Source: Terriglobia bacterium (GTDB taxonomy: Bacteria; Acidobacteriota; Terriglobia; UBA7540). From it: DNA of 64,000 nucleotides. Below are positions 52,823 through 63,362 of the stretch, piece after piece. The position numbers were made by a program, and so were the translations under genes. The notes beneath the pieces were generated by a model. It made no database searches. It saw nothing but the letters and a program-made list of their open reading frames with translations, and had not been told where the DNA came from. Positions within the stretch are counted from its first letter, which is position 1, and the number at the start of each line of letters is the position of its first letter. Location of the stretch: contig DASZAA010000346.1 in the NCBI GenBank assembly GCA_035945615.1, forward strand, positions 17,547 through 81,546, given 5' to 3'.

Positions 52823-52957
52823 GCCACGCTGACCAACCACGGTCGCTCGTCGCTGCGCCCGTGTTAGCCACTCGGATTTGAAAACCGTACAGATGGCGCG
52901 TAGCGCGCAGGCGCAGTTCAACTCTGGAATGGTCGTTCTCCGGAATCGAGCGAATAA

Positions 52958-53200
52958 GCGACCTCCCCGGTCACCTGACCGGCTTCCGTCAGATAAAGGA
53001 TGGCGTCCACAATGTCTTTCACGTCGGAAATCTGTCCCATCGCGTCTTGAGAATATCCTTCGGGGCATCCCTTTGTAAATTCGTATCCATCACGCCCGGT
53101 GCGACGGCGTTCACGCGTATCCCCTGCTTCGCGTATTCCATCGCCAGGCTCCGCGTGCCGGTCTGAAGGCCGCCTTTCGTGATCATCGAAAGCGCCGAGT
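52958..53200 (-). pseudogene. SDR oxidoreductase fragment
   Basis: TKGGL..TRSLAMEYAKQGIRVNAVAPG, frameshift, then DAILYL..VTGEV. Confidence 0.8.
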
Positions 53201-53875
53201 TTACTTCGGTGATCGGGTGATCTGGCGCGCCGCGTCCTTCGCGGCTTGCCAGTCCGCGTCATTGGCACCACGATCCACGTCGTCGATCGCCTGCCGATCC
53301 AGGTCGAAGGGAACGCGCGGTTCAACCAGCGCCTTCACCTCACGCTGCCGGGCGACGATGCCGTCTCCGGGAGCAGCGATCATCTGCAAGTGGCCGGTGC
53401 CGATGGCGGAGAGACCTGTGCCCGCCGGCCCCTTTACGTCTACAACGCGCCGTGCGGCGAGGTAGTGCTTGAGCGTGCACGACGTCTCCTCTTCAATCTG
53501 CGCCCACGCGGCATCGGAAATGGGGGCAAGCTCACGATACAGATTATTTTTGAGGGAACCGATACCGAGGGACCCATCGTTCCCCGCATGGCTGGAGGGA
53601 GGAGGTTCAACTGGCGCCGACGCGGTGGGCGGGTCTCCGGTCACGGTCTCCAGAAACGTTACGGTCGGCACGAAGAACAGATTTCCGGTGACGGCGCGGC
53701 TGAAGTCGAGCAGCCGGTCGTAGTTGCCCGGCGGCCGACCAATGAACATGTTCTCGAGCATCTGCTCGATGGTGCGGGGTGAACGGCTATAGCCAATGAA
53801 ATAGGTGCCAAATTCACCGTGTCCGGGTCGGCCGAAGGCCATGTTGTCACGCAGGATTTTGATCGCTCTTCCATC
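53201..53875 (-). pseudogene. DyP peroxidase C-terminus fused to family-1 encapsulin N-terminus (both truncated)
   Basis: ILRDNMAFG, GNYDRLLDFS, cargo-loading peptide GSLGIGSLK, then NNLYRELAPIS...RRVVDV. Confidence 0.88.
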
Positions 53876-53921
53876 CCCAACGCATAGTCTATGAACCACT
53901 CAAAGAAGGCGCTACTTTGTA

Positions 53922-54100
53922 TCACGATTTCCACCCCGCCTTGATCTTTTCCAGCAAACTGTTCGCGAGTGATAGATCACCCTCTCCCTTTGACTTCACA
54001 GTGATCCTAACTTCGATTTGGGGATCCAAGCCGGCAAGCGGCTTGGTCAGGATATGGATTTGGTCTGCAAGATCCTGAATTTCCCCAAAGTTCAAAACAG
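53922..54100 (-). pseudogene. C-terminal fragment resembling DUF499 ATPases
   Basis: EIQDLADQI...EVRITV...NSLLEKI; recalled similarity only. Confidence 0.3.
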
Positions 54101-54104
54101 CCGC

Positions 54105-54410
54105 GCTCGAGCGCCCCGCCCCAGCGGCCTCTGGCAACTCCGGCGCGACTGTTGCAGGATCCGCCAGGCGTGGACCGTGGTGTACCGGACCCCGCGAACC
54201 TTCTCGACTGACTCCACTACGCGCCGCAGCGTCCGCAGGCCCGTCGCGTGCCCCAGCGCTTTAGTGCCGCTTCAATCCGGCCGAGGTCGCGCGCAGTCAA
54301 TTGCGGCTTTCGCCCTGCTTTTCTTCAAAATCGGGCGCCCGAGCGGCCTCTCCCGGCGTACCCAGCGGTTGACCGACCGCCGCGTGAGGATGAGCTTGAG
54401 CACCACGCCC
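54105..54410 (-). mobile_element. IS630-family transposase remnant (winged HTH)
   Basis: Broken frames RRSVNRW, KPQL, GL.TLRRV...GVRYTTVHAWRIL...SCQRP. Confidence 0.7.
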
Positions 54411-54427
54411 GAAAGGCGTCAACATCT

Positions 54428-55705
54428 TTAAAGTAAGGAACTCATATCGTGGCGTGACATTGTCCCGGGCAGAGTGGGATAGCCAGGTAGCAGAAGCATC
54501 ATTGAGGCACCTAATGCCACTGCAGCTGCGAATACCGTAAGTGTTGACGTGTAGGATCCGGTCAGATCGAAAGCGCGGCCCAGGATAATGGGTCCGGCAG
54601 CTCCTGCGAAGGCATAAAAAGTCCAAGTGAGACCGTAAAGAGTGGAAAAGGCCCGCAAGCCAAAATACCGCGTTAACAAATAAGGGATCACATCCGCCTC
54701 GGCTCCCCCGCCAATGCCAATCAACGCCGTCGCCAGGCAACCTGCGGGTAGAGTAGCTGCTCGGGAGAGGATAAAGATGCCTACCGCCGAGGGCAGGAGC
54801 ATCACAAACGCAACCCGCGAAGCGACGAACCGGTCAAGTAATCTCCCTACCAGAATCCGCCCACCCAAGCTGGCCCCTCCCAGCACGGAAAGCGTGAACG
54901 CGGCACCCTCCGGCGTCATGTGTCGATCCGTCATCATTGCAGAGAGATGGGCTATTACGCCGTTCTCGCTCGCTGAAACCAACAACAGGGTCGCGATGAT
55001 GATCCAGAACGGGAGAGAATGCACACCCTGCTGCCATGAAACGCCCGCGAGCTTCTTTGGGTGGTTGGGTTCGACTCGCCCGTTTTCACGCTCATGCACG
55101 AAGCGCCAGCTCAGTGGCAGCCCGAGAGCCAGGGCTAGCGCACCAAGGCCCAAATAAGCCGCGCGCCACCCCCAATGGCTGATGAAAGTTTGCGTCAGGA
55201 TGGGGAGGACCATCGACCCAATCGCTGAGCCGGTCATAACGGCCGCGAACGCCATTCCTAGATAATCGTGAAACCAAGTGACGATGGCTCTGGAATACGC
55301 CAGTTGCGCAGCGCCGTTACCTACAACTCCAAGCAGAATACACGTCCCGTAAAGTTGCCATAAGTGCGGGCGGAGGAGGGCCAGCGAAGCAAAGCCCACT
55401 CCGAAGATTGCCATGCAGGGGAGAATAATTCGCCTGGGGCTGAAACAGTCCAGCAAGCGGCCAATCCCCGGCGAGCATATGCCCACCGTGATCGCTCCCA
55501 GACCAAATGCTGTGGAGATCGCTTCCCTGCTCCAGCCGAATTGCGCGTCGAGAGGCTTGAGGAAAACGCTGAAGGTGTATACAAATAGCGAGCCGAACCC
55601 GGCCATGACGCCCAGATTCGCGGCCAGCGCCACCCGCCAGCCGTAGTAGCGAAAATCAGATTCGTCCGGTTTGTCTTGGGCGATGCTATTTGGAGAGATA
55701 GACAT
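54428..55705 (-). CDS. MFS transporter (OFA/MCT-like)
   Basis: YYGWRV, FGWSR, GRLLD twice, RYFGLRAF; about 12 TMs. Confidence 0.9.
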   Translation of the reverse strand: MSISPNSIAQDKPDESDFRYYGWRVALAANLGVMAGFGSLFVYTFSVFLKPLDAQFGWSREAISTAFGLGAITVGICSPGIGRLLDCFSPRRIILPCMAIFGVGFASLALLRPHLWQLYGTCILLGVVGNGAAQLAYSRAIVTWFHDYLGMAFAAVMTGSAIGSMVLPILTQTFISHWGWRAAYLGLGALALALGLPLSWRFVHERENGRVEPNHPKKLAGVSWQQGVHSLPFWIIIATLLLVSASENGVIAHLSAMMTDRHMTPEGAAFTLSVLGGASLGGRILVGRLLDRFVASRVAFVMLLPSAVGIFILSRAATLPAGCLATALIGIGGGAEADVIPYLLTRYFGLRAFSTLYGLTWTFYAFAGAAGPIILGRAFDLTGSYTSTLTVFAAAVALGASMMLLLPGYPTLPGTMSRHDMSSLL

Positions 55706-55732
55706 AGGCGGTGCGGAGGCGGTCCCGCCCGG

Positions 55733-56125
55733 TTACTTCAAATCTTCCTTGTCATTTCGGGCTAGTTGGATAGTCTTGATCACGATGGCTTCCGAACCGC
55801 CTTTTTCATAAACATTTCCGCTTACAGTCACCCGCTTGCCGGCAAACGTCATCAGACGGGCATTCTGACCCTGGGCCGGCGTTGCATCCGAAATGGGCCA
55901 ATAAATCGTGCCGTTGCCCGTTATAATAACGAGCGGCGAACCCGCTTTAGCGCAAGCGACGGCGCACTCAGGGCTGACCGGTTTCTTCAGGTTTTTGGTC
56001 AAGGCGCAGGAGGAATCGATCACATAGCCATGGATCGTAACATTTTTGGATGCAGCCATCGCTCCGCCAGGGATTATGTCCGCAGCCATCAGTAACAAGC
56101 ATATCAATGCCAGTCTCGATTTCAT
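55733..56125 (-). CDS. Exported small protein with C...CxxxC motif
   Basis: Signal peptide; IDSSC...ECAVACAKAGSP. Confidence 0.7.
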   Translation of the reverse strand: MKSRLALICLLLMAADIIPGGAMAASKNVTIHGYVIDSSCALTKNLKKPVSPECAVACAKAGSPLVIITGNGTIYWPISDATPAQGQNARLMTFAGKRVTVSGNVYEKGGSEAIVIKTIQLARNDKEDLK

Positions 56126-56143
56126 GATTTCTCCTGACTCCGG

Positions 56144-56791
56144 CTACGTGCGCACCGGCTTTGAAATATAACCGCTGCTCGCCGTGCGTGCTCCCGATTC
56201 GCGGTGAGCTTCTTCCGACATGGGGTGCACGCCGGAAGCGCCAACCCAGCGATTGTAAAAGTTAAAGAGCGCGCAAACCGTGATGGCATAGTAGATCGCT
56301 TCATCGGTCCAGCCCACCTCGCGGAGCGGTGCTATGTCTTCCGGCCCAACTTCCTGCGCGTGATGGTTTACGCGATCGACGAATCGAAGCAGCGCCTTTT
56401 CCTTTTCAGGAAGCGGCGACTCTTCGAGATCACGGACAGCTTTCCATACATACTCCTGGCTCACGCCGAGCATTTCTGCCGCCACCGCGACGTGGTATTT
56501 CGAGCAGAAGGAACAGCGGTTTCCCCATGACGTATAAGCGGCGATCAGCTCGCGGAAGCCGGCTGTGAGGACGCAATCGCCGCGCATGATTTCCTGGGTA
56601 AGCCTGCTGAGGTGCTCGCCAGCCTCAGGATGATAAGCGAAAAGATGCCAGATCAGCGGATACTCTCTTCCTGCCGCCTGCATCGTCCGAATATTGTCCC
56701 CGCGGCTTCCCGCTTGCGGGTTATTCTCAACCTCGGGCAGAAACATCGGCGTTCCAGCCTGTTTCATTGCTGGTTTCATTACCGTTTCCAC
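56144..56791 (-). CDS. AhpD/CMD-family peroxidase-related protein (paralog 3)
   Basis: RELIAAYTS..NRCSFC..YH; FNFYNR. Confidence 0.85.
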   Translation of the reverse strand: METVMKPAMKQAGTPMFLPEVENNPQAGSRGDNIRTMQAAGREYPLIWHLFAYHPEAGEHLSRLTQEIMRGDCVLTAGFRELIAAYTSWGNRCSFCSKYHVAVAAEMLGVSQEYVWKAVRDLEESPLPEKEKALLRFVDRVNHHAQEVGPEDIAPLREVGWTDEAIYYAITVCALFNFYNRWVGASGVHPMSEEAHRESGARTASSGYISKPVRT

Positions 56792-56806
56792 AGTTCGGCT
56801 CCTGAC

Positions 56807-57382
56807 TCAAGCAGAACGCGGGGTATACGTGGCCCGAATCTCTTCCAGACTATAACGATAACCCTCTCTTGCAGTCCTTTTGGCTCGCGAACGGTAAAGT
56901 TCCATATCAGTGGGAGCCCAAGTAGCGAGACCGTCCACATAACGGTTAAACATGCAGAATGCCGCGGCGATCAGGACAGTATCATGAATCTCTAAATCCG
57001 TAGCTCCCAGAGCGCGCGCCCGCTCTACATCCTCCGCCAACACATTTTTCCCTCCCTTTTGCACCTTACCTGCAATCGTCAGCAGCGCCTTGAGCTTCTC
57101 TGAAATCTGCGCAGTCCTATAGTCTCGCTTGACATCGAGCACAAGCTGCTCGTTGTCTTCAAAGTACTGCGCCGCGATAGCTCCATGCGTCGTCTGACAG
57201 AAAAAACAATCATTGAGCGAGGAAACATAGGTTGCGATCAGCTCCCGCTCGCCGGGGGTGAGCGAATTCGGCTCATGAAGCAGAAAATGCGCAAGATCGT
57301 TCAGGGGTTTTGCGGTCTCAGGCCGGAACGCCATGGCGCTGCGAATGCCCGGGATATCTTTGGGTAGGTTGATATGTGGCAT
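56807..57382 (-). CDS. AhpD/CMD-family peroxidase-related protein (paralog 2)
   Basis: ERELIATYVS..NDCFFC..TH; FCMFNRYVDGL. Confidence 0.88.
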   Translation of the reverse strand: MPHINLPKDIPGIRSAMAFRPETAKPLNDLAHFLLHEPNSLTPGERELIATYVSSLNDCFFCQTTHGAIAAQYFEDNEQLVLDVKRDYRTAQISEKLKALLTIAGKVQKGGKNVLAEDVERARALGATDLEIHDTVLIAAAFCMFNRYVDGLATWAPTDMELYRSRAKRTAREGYRYSLEEIRATYTPRSA

Positions 57383-57416
57383 GTTTGCTGTCTCCTTCTC
57401 TCGATATACCGGCCGG

Positions 57417-57983
57417 CTAATCGGCCGCGGCGGCCGGCGCTTCTTCATCGCTCCGGATGTATCCCTGCTCTGCCATCCGCCGCCCCATCTGGCGGTATGC
57501 TTCCGGCTCCTGCGGCGCCCACGTGGCCAGCCCGTCGACATAGCGGTTATACATGCAGAAGGCAGCGGCAATCAGCACTACGTCATGAATCTCGGTATCC
57601 GTCGCTCCGTGTTTGCGCGCCACCTCAATGTCCTCCGGCAGAACGTGCTTCCCGCCCTTCTGCACCTTGCCGACAATAGTTAGTAACGCCTTGAGTTTTT
57701 CCGGGACCGCCGCCGTCCTGTAGTCCCGTTTCACGTCCTGGACAAGCTGTTCGTCGCCGCCCAGATGATGCGCGGCTGCCGCGCCGTGGCTGGTCTGGCA
57801 AAAGAAGCAATCGTTCTGAGAAGAAACATAAGCGGCGATCAGCTCTCTCTCGCCGGACGAAAGCGTGCTGGGACCGCGGAGTAGAATTTCCGCGAGCGCG
57901 CGCATTGGCTTGGCCGTCTCCGGCCGGAATGCGAAAAGTCCTACGATCCCGGGCAGATCCCCGGAGAGTTCAATATGAGGCAT
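57417..57983 (-). CDS. AhpD/CMD-family peroxidase-related protein (paralog 1)
   Basis: ERELIAAYVS..NDCFFC..SH; FCMYNRYVDGL. Confidence 0.88.
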   Translation of the reverse strand: MPHIELSGDLPGIVGLFAFRPETAKPMRALAEILLRGPSTLSSGERELIAAYVSSQNDCFFCQTSHGAAAAHHLGGDEQLVQDVKRDYRTAAVPEKLKALLTIVGKVQKGGKHVLPEDIEVARKHGATDTEIHDVVLIAAAFCMYNRYVDGLATWAPQEPEAYRQMGRRMAEQGYIRSDEEAPAAAAD

Positions 57984-58046
57984 GTTCCTATTCTCCCGAT
58001 CGAATAAGTTAGGGGCTTGCGGTTCTGCCGAATCCAGGGCACCTTC

Positions 58047-61000
58047 TCAGAACAAGAATTTCATCGCCAACTGGATCAGGCGTGGCGGCGATGCCATCTG
58101 GATTTGCCCGAAGCTGGGGGAATTGATGTCGTTCACCGGAACGCCGAAATTTGGACGGTTCAGAACATTGAACACCTCGGCTCGAACCTGCAACGTCTTC
58201 GACTCCGCAAGGCTAAAATTCTTGAAAAGCGAGAGATCCCACTGCGCGAAGCCCGGAGCTTGGACGATATTCCGGCCTGAATCGCCGAACGCGCCCGGCT
58301 GCGTGACTCGCTGGAACGCCTGCAGGTTGAACCAGTCTTCCGCGGTCTTCGGGCCGTTATTGGGGTTGCCCACCAAATTAGGCCGGTCGCTATACGATCC
58401 TGAAATCTCAGGGGACTGTCCCTGGAGCGACGGATCGCTTGAGTCGTAAACAGTGAATGGCGTTCCTGTCGAGGCAGAAAAGATGCCGTTCAACTGCCAG
58501 TTGCCGATCACCGCGTGATACCACTCGCCCGGCTCTTTCCAGAATGGAACTTGCCAGACGTAGCTGAAAACAAGCCGCTGGCGGGCGTCGAACAGCGACC
58601 TGCCATACTCCGCCGCCAAATCGAATGGGTCCTGCGCCAAATCATTCTCGCCCGCTACGCTTTGCGTTGAGGAGCCGGTGATGTTGAAAGAAGAAGAATC
58701 ATCGAGTGTTTTTGAATACGTGTACGACGCCAGAAATTCAAGGCCATGGCTGAACCGCTTTTGCAGGCTGGCCTGCAACGCATTATAGTCGGAATTCGCA
58801 ATTCCGGAGATCAACCCAACGGATCCGTAAAAGCAGTTGTTGGGTTCCATAAGGGTGCAACCGGAATAAAGCCGCCGCTGATTTACATTATCTGCGGTCG
58901 ATTGTCCTGGCACGTAGACAGCCGGGTCGTCCTCAATGAAACGCGGCAATTTTGTCCCTTTTGTGCCCACGTAACCAACGTCCAACAGCCAACTCTGGCC
59001 AAAAGCGCGCTCAACTGTGAAATTCCAGTCCTGGGCGTAAGGAAGGCGCAGGTTAGGATCAATCGTCAGCAAAGTCAAGGTTTGTGGGTTGGCAAAATCA
59101 GGCGCGAACGGATTCTGGCCGGCGGGCAGTGGATCGGCAAAACTGGCCGGCGGTTCCTCCTGGATCGTTTTGAACCAAGGTGGCGCGCTGATGGGGGCTT
59201 GCAAGGGGCCGCCGCCTCCGTTGTAAAAGGGATCGTAAAAGATGCCGTAGGCCGCACGGACCGACCAGTGGCCGCTTCCTGTTGGGTCCCAGGCAAGGCC
59301 CAGACGTGGAGCGAAACCGCGGTAGTCCGTATGAACCAAACCCGCAGGCACACCGGGATCGCCCGGATAAACCAAGCCGGGCGGCGCCGAAGGCATGATC
59401 GTCGATTGAACTCCCGGCTCAAATAGGTTGGTCTTGTTTCCCAACACAGTATACGGGGTGGGCAATTCGTACCGCAGGCCGGCGTTCACCGTCAGGCGGG
59501 AATTTATTTTGTAACTGTCTTGCGCAAACACATCGTAGTTGCGCGAGCGCAGTCCGCGCGGTAAATCGCCGCCACCCTGGAGGAAGACGACAGGGCCTCC
59601 GAGAAGAAAACTGGCGAAAGCGTTGCTGACTGGAAACGGCGCGAACACGAAGAAGCCATTTGAGGCAATGCCGTGCACGGCGTTAACTTGATCACGCTGA
59701 TAACCACCGCCAATTTTCACGTCGTGCCGGCCATGAATCCAACTCACCGAGTCAGAAAGGGAAAATGTATTTTGGGTGGCGTCGTTTGGCCCCGTAATCG
59801 GGTTGCCTACTGAGGCGTAACCCTCGACTTCGATAAATGGCGGACCCGCTTGGATTGCCAACGTGGGCGAATACTGAAAACCGAGCGATGAAAGCGATGT
59901 ATGGTTGAAGGCCTCGTCAAAGAACAGCCTGTTCCGCAGGTAAGAAAACTCGGCGACGTTCACCACCGTGGGCGAAAACGTGTGGGTTTCCTGGACGGCG
60001 GCGTTTTGAGCCCCATAACTTTCCCCCACTGGGAAGCCAGGCACGTTGGCCCCTTCGATCGAAAGCGGGTCTACCTCTGATCCCCTGGAGAAAATGTAGC
60101 GCACAAACATACTGTCGCGCAGCGACAGATATTGATCAGCGCGGACGCCAAACTGATTAGAGTTGTTGCGGAGCATCTGCGTCGTGACGTACTGGTTGGT
60201 CCCTTCGTTCGGGAGCGGATAGAACTGGAGAATGTTTTGCGAAATGGGGTTGATGGTGGGCAACTGATTTCCGGGAAAAGGCTGGCCTGTAAGCTCATTG
60301 ATCAGTGGAGGAACGGTTCCCGTCGACGGGTCAATCGATTGAGAAAAATCCCCCTGCCGTTCGGACAGCGAAGGCACGGTGGCAGCTTGCGTTTCGCCTT
60401 GGCGGTTCCGCAAGCCTTCGTAATAGGCGAAGAAGAAAGTTTTGTTCTTCCGGATGGGCCCGCCGAGGGTTCCCCCAACCTGGTTCTGCTTATACGGCTC
60501 GACGTTCTGAGCGAAAAAGTTGCGCGAATCGAAAGCGTCGTTTCGTATGAACTCCCAACCATCCCCGTGGAATTGGTTGGAGCCGGACTTAGTGACGATG
60601 TTCGTCGTGGAGCCGGCATTGTGCCCAAACTCAGCAGGGGCAGTATTGGTAAGGATTCGGAACTCGGCGATCGCGTCGGGCGGCGGCTCGAGGACAAAGC
60701 CTGCATTCATCGTGTTGTAATTCTCAACCCCATCAATGAGGAACTCGTTGGATTCGGGCCGCTGGCCGTTGACCGCGTAGGACTGGCCGGTACGTGTGGG
60801 ACCTCCTTGCGCCTGAAGACCGGGAGTGAGCGGCGCGTCGCCCGGAAGCAGCAGGCCAAGCTGCGTAAAGTTCCTACCATTCAGGGGCAGATCTACAATT
60901 TCCTGGTCGCGCACCGTTTCGCCAAGATCGTTCGTTGTGGTTTGAACCAGGTTGGCATTGCCCCTCACCTCCACGGCTTGCTGCGACGAACCTAAAGCCA

Positions 61001-61340
61001 GCCGGATAGAAAAGACGGCCACCTGATTGACGTTGAGGATGATGCCGTTTTGCACGTATTTACGGAAGCCATCCTTAGCTGCTTCCAACTGGTATTGGCC
61101 GACGGGCAGCAGAACCAGCGAATAATCCCCTCGTGCATCGCTTCGTGTCTGGCGCGTGAAGCCGGTTTCAATCTCAATGGCTTCAATCTGCGCGTAAGGC
61201 ACGACGGCTCCGCTCGGATCAGTTACCGCTCCGCGAATGCTCGCGCTTGCCTCCTGCGCCCAGACTGGCGACCCCGAGAATAGCGCCAACGTAAGAGTTG
61301 CTAATATCCCTCCAATAAAAACACTACGTCCTTTGTTCAT
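58047..61340 (-). CDS. TonB-dependent receptor (Oar-like, carboxypeptidase-regulatory N-domain)
   Basis: Signal peptide, GAVTDPSGAVVP, LPLNGRNF, TKSGSNQFHG, terminal Phe. Confidence 0.93.
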   Translation of the reverse strand: MNKGRSVFIGGILATLTLALFSGSPVWAQEASASIRGAVTDPSGAVVPYAQIEAIEIETGFTRQTRSDARGDYSLVLLPVGQYQLEAAKDGFRKYVQNGIILNVNQVAVFSIRLALGSSQQAVEVRGNANLVQTTTNDLGETVRDQEIVDLPLNGRNFTQLGLLLPGDAPLTPGLQAQGGPTRTGQSYAVNGQRPESNEFLIDGVENYNTMNAGFVLEPPPDAIAEFRILTNTAPAEFGHNAGSTTNIVTKSGSNQFHGDGWEFIRNDAFDSRNFFAQNVEPYKQNQVGGTLGGPIRKNKTFFFAYYEGLRNRQGETQAATVPSLSERQGDFSQSIDPSTGTVPPLINELTGQPFPGNQLPTINPISQNILQFYPLPNEGTNQYVTTQMLRNNSNQFGVRADQYLSLRDSMFVRYIFSRGSEVDPLSIEGANVPGFPVGESYGAQNAAVQETHTFSPTVVNVAEFSYLRNRLFFDEAFNHTSLSSLGFQYSPTLAIQAGPPFIEVEGYASVGNPITGPNDATQNTFSLSDSVSWIHGRHDVKIGGGYQRDQVNAVHGIASNGFFVFAPFPVSNAFASFLLGGPVVFLQGGGDLPRGLRSRNYDVFAQDSYKINSRLTVNAGLRYELPTPYTVLGNKTNLFEPGVQSTIMPSAPPGLVYPGDPGVPAGLVHTDYRGFAPRLGLAWDPTGSGHWSVRAAYGIFYDPFYNGGGGPLQAPISAPPWFKTIQEEPPASFADPLPAGQNPFAPDFANPQTLTLLTIDPNLRLPYAQDWNFTVERAFGQSWLLDVGYVGTKGTKLPRFIEDDPAVYVPGQSTADNVNQRRLYSGCTLMEPNNCFYGSVGLISGIANSDYNALQASLQKRFSHGLEFLASYTYSKTLDDSSSFNITGSSTQSVAGENDLAQDPFDLAAEYGRSLFDARQRLVFSYVWQVPFWKEPGEWYHAVIGNWQLNGIFSASTGTPFTVYDSSDPSLQGQSPEISGSYSDRPNLVGNPNNGPKTAEDWFNLQAFQRVTQPGAFGDSGRNIVQAPGFAQWDLSLFKNFSLAESKTLQVRAEVFNVLNRPNFGVPVNDINSPSFGQIQMASPPRLIQLAMKFLF

Positions 61341-61439
61341 CCGTTCTCCCCTGATCACTTGATGACTCAAATCTGGCCTCACGCGCCTTAGTCGTATTGT
61401 TTCTTATTTCCTTCCGGGTGATGGCCAGTTTAGGGATGC

Positions 61440-61515
61440 CCGAGAACGGAGTCAATTATGCTTATTGATTGATTCCCGCATATAATCTCATTACGCTGCC
61501 TTAATAAATAAAGAC
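61440..61515. promoter_or_regulatory. AT-rich putative operator upstream of the TonB receptor
   Basis: ATTATGC...GCATATAAT imperfect dyad; partial Fur-like AATGAGATTAT on the minus strand. Confidence 0.3.
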
Positions 61516-61647
61516 CATGTCTGCAGTCTTTGCTTCAGGCTATTCTGCCCGCGTCGGTGCCCGCAGAAACCGTCACATCATCCTCTAGACGATGCTGACT
61601 GGCTTTCAATTACCCACAAGTTTGGCGAGATTGAACCCAAGCTCGAT

Positions 61648-62590
61648 GTCGGTGAGTCGGGAGAGCCCACGCCACGCCAAATTATCCGTGCAATGGTGCG
61701 CGTGATTGATCCCAGGACTGGTGAGACGGTGTACGACCCCGGATGCGGCACGGGCGGGTTCCTGGCGCAATCCTACGAGCACATCGCCGGCCCTGATAAC
61801 GAGAAGATTAGCTCGCCCGACCAGATCGAAGCTTTGAAGCGACGCACGTTCTACGGCCGTAAGTAAGAAAGGACAACATCATCTACCCGGTGGCGCTCGC
61901 CAACCTCGTGTTGCATGGCTTCGATAAGCCCCACGTGTGGCACGCCAACTCACTGGCCGGCGCAGAGACGTACGACCGCTTTTCACCGACGCATCCATGT
62001 TCTATGACTTGATCCTGATGAATCCGCCTTTAGGCGGCAAGGAAGGCAAGGACGCCCGGACCCGCTTCGCCTACAAGACCGGCGCCACCCAGGTGTTTGT
62101 CCTCCAGCACGTGATCGATAGCCTCAAGTTCGGCGGACGCTGCGGGTTGGTGATCGACGAAGGCGTGCTGTTCCGTACGAACGAAACCGCGTTCGTGCAG
62201 ACCAGGCGGAAGCTGCTGGACGATTGCGATCTGTGGTGTATCGTGAGTCTGCCACCCGGCACGTTCATCAACGCTGGCGCCGGTGTCAAAGCCAACCTAT
62301 TGTTTTTCACCAAAGGCCAGCACAGCACACTAAGCGCGTCTGGTACTACAATCCTTCGGATATTAAAGTCGCCAAGAAAAGTCCGCTCACGCTCGACAAA
62401 TTGAAGAATTCTTCCAGCTTCTGCCAGAACGCACCGATAGTCTCACTCTTGGACCGTCGACCTCGGAGAGCGCAATAGGCTCGCGACCGAAGAGGCTCGT
62501 CCCTTCAAGGAGGAAGCGAACCGACGGAATCAAGAAGCCGCCCGCTGTAAGGCGCGGCTCGACGAACTAAAGAAAGCGAAATTGCGTAAC
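61648..62590 (+). pseudogene. hsdM: Type I RM HsdM-like N6-adenine methyltransferase remnant
   Basis: TPRQIIRAMV..VYDPGCGTGGFL, NPPLGG, SLPPGTF..AGVKANLLFF; several frameshifts. Confidence 0.85.
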
Positions 62591-62789
62591 GAAGCAGCCA
62601 TCGGAGGTGAGTTTTCGGAGGACCTGCGCAAAAACGCCACATGAGTGCAAGGTGGCTCCGTTGTTTTCAGACTCATTACCGAGCCACCGCTGATCGACGC
62701 CCGGCATGCTGATATAGATCACATCCTTCCCATTGCCGGTCCCGAGCGGCATCCGGGTTATTGTTCGCCAGGGTCTCTGAAGGTTGTAT

Positions 62790-62900
62790 TGCGGATGCCC
62801 TCGCGCTCTCCGTGAGAAACTGCCGCATCAGCCGCGCGCGGCTGCATCCGAGCGACACGCGCATCGCGATCTCCTTGCGCCACGCCACAGCGCGGGTCAC
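62790..62900 (-). pseudogene. MacB/FtsX-type ABC permease fragment
   Basis: RKEIAMRVSLGCSRARLMRQFLTES. Confidence 0.65.
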
Positions 62901-63092
62901 CCCCGAGCGTACCATTCTTTTCAATCGCTTGAGCGTTTTCACAATTTCGCGAGTGACACCCTCCGACACGCCCGCCTCCGGCATCTCGGTAATCGTTTGG
63001 GGCCGCAGGATTTCGGAGGTAGGCCGAAAGCAAGATCTCTTATCTATTGAGAACAGTCCTTAATCATGATAGCCTTACTGTTGGAGGCTAGT

Positions 63093-63362
63093 ATGACGAC
63101 CGTTACCATCTCCGTTCCCGAGTCGCTTAAGACGTTCATCGAAAAACAGATCGCGGCCAAGGGTTACGGCAATGTGAGCGAGTATTTTCGTACCTTGCTC
63201 CGCGAGGCTCAGGCCAAAGAGGAGGATGCAAGGCTAGAGGCTCTGCTCATTGAAGGGCTTACATCCGGCGATGATATTTCGCTTTCGGGTGAATTCTGGA
63301 GCGAACTGAAAACGGATGCCGCCGCGCTCGCCAGGAAGCACAACGCGCGGAAAAAATCCTGA
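63093..63362 (+). CDS. parD: ParD-like antitoxin (RHH)
   Basis: TISVPESLK..GYGNVSEYFR..LLIEGL; RBS GGAGG. Confidence 0.85.
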   Translation: MTTVTISVPESLKTFIEKQIAAKGYGNVSEYFRTLLREAQAKEEDARLEALLIEGLTSGDDISLSGEFWSELKTDAAALARKHNARKKS

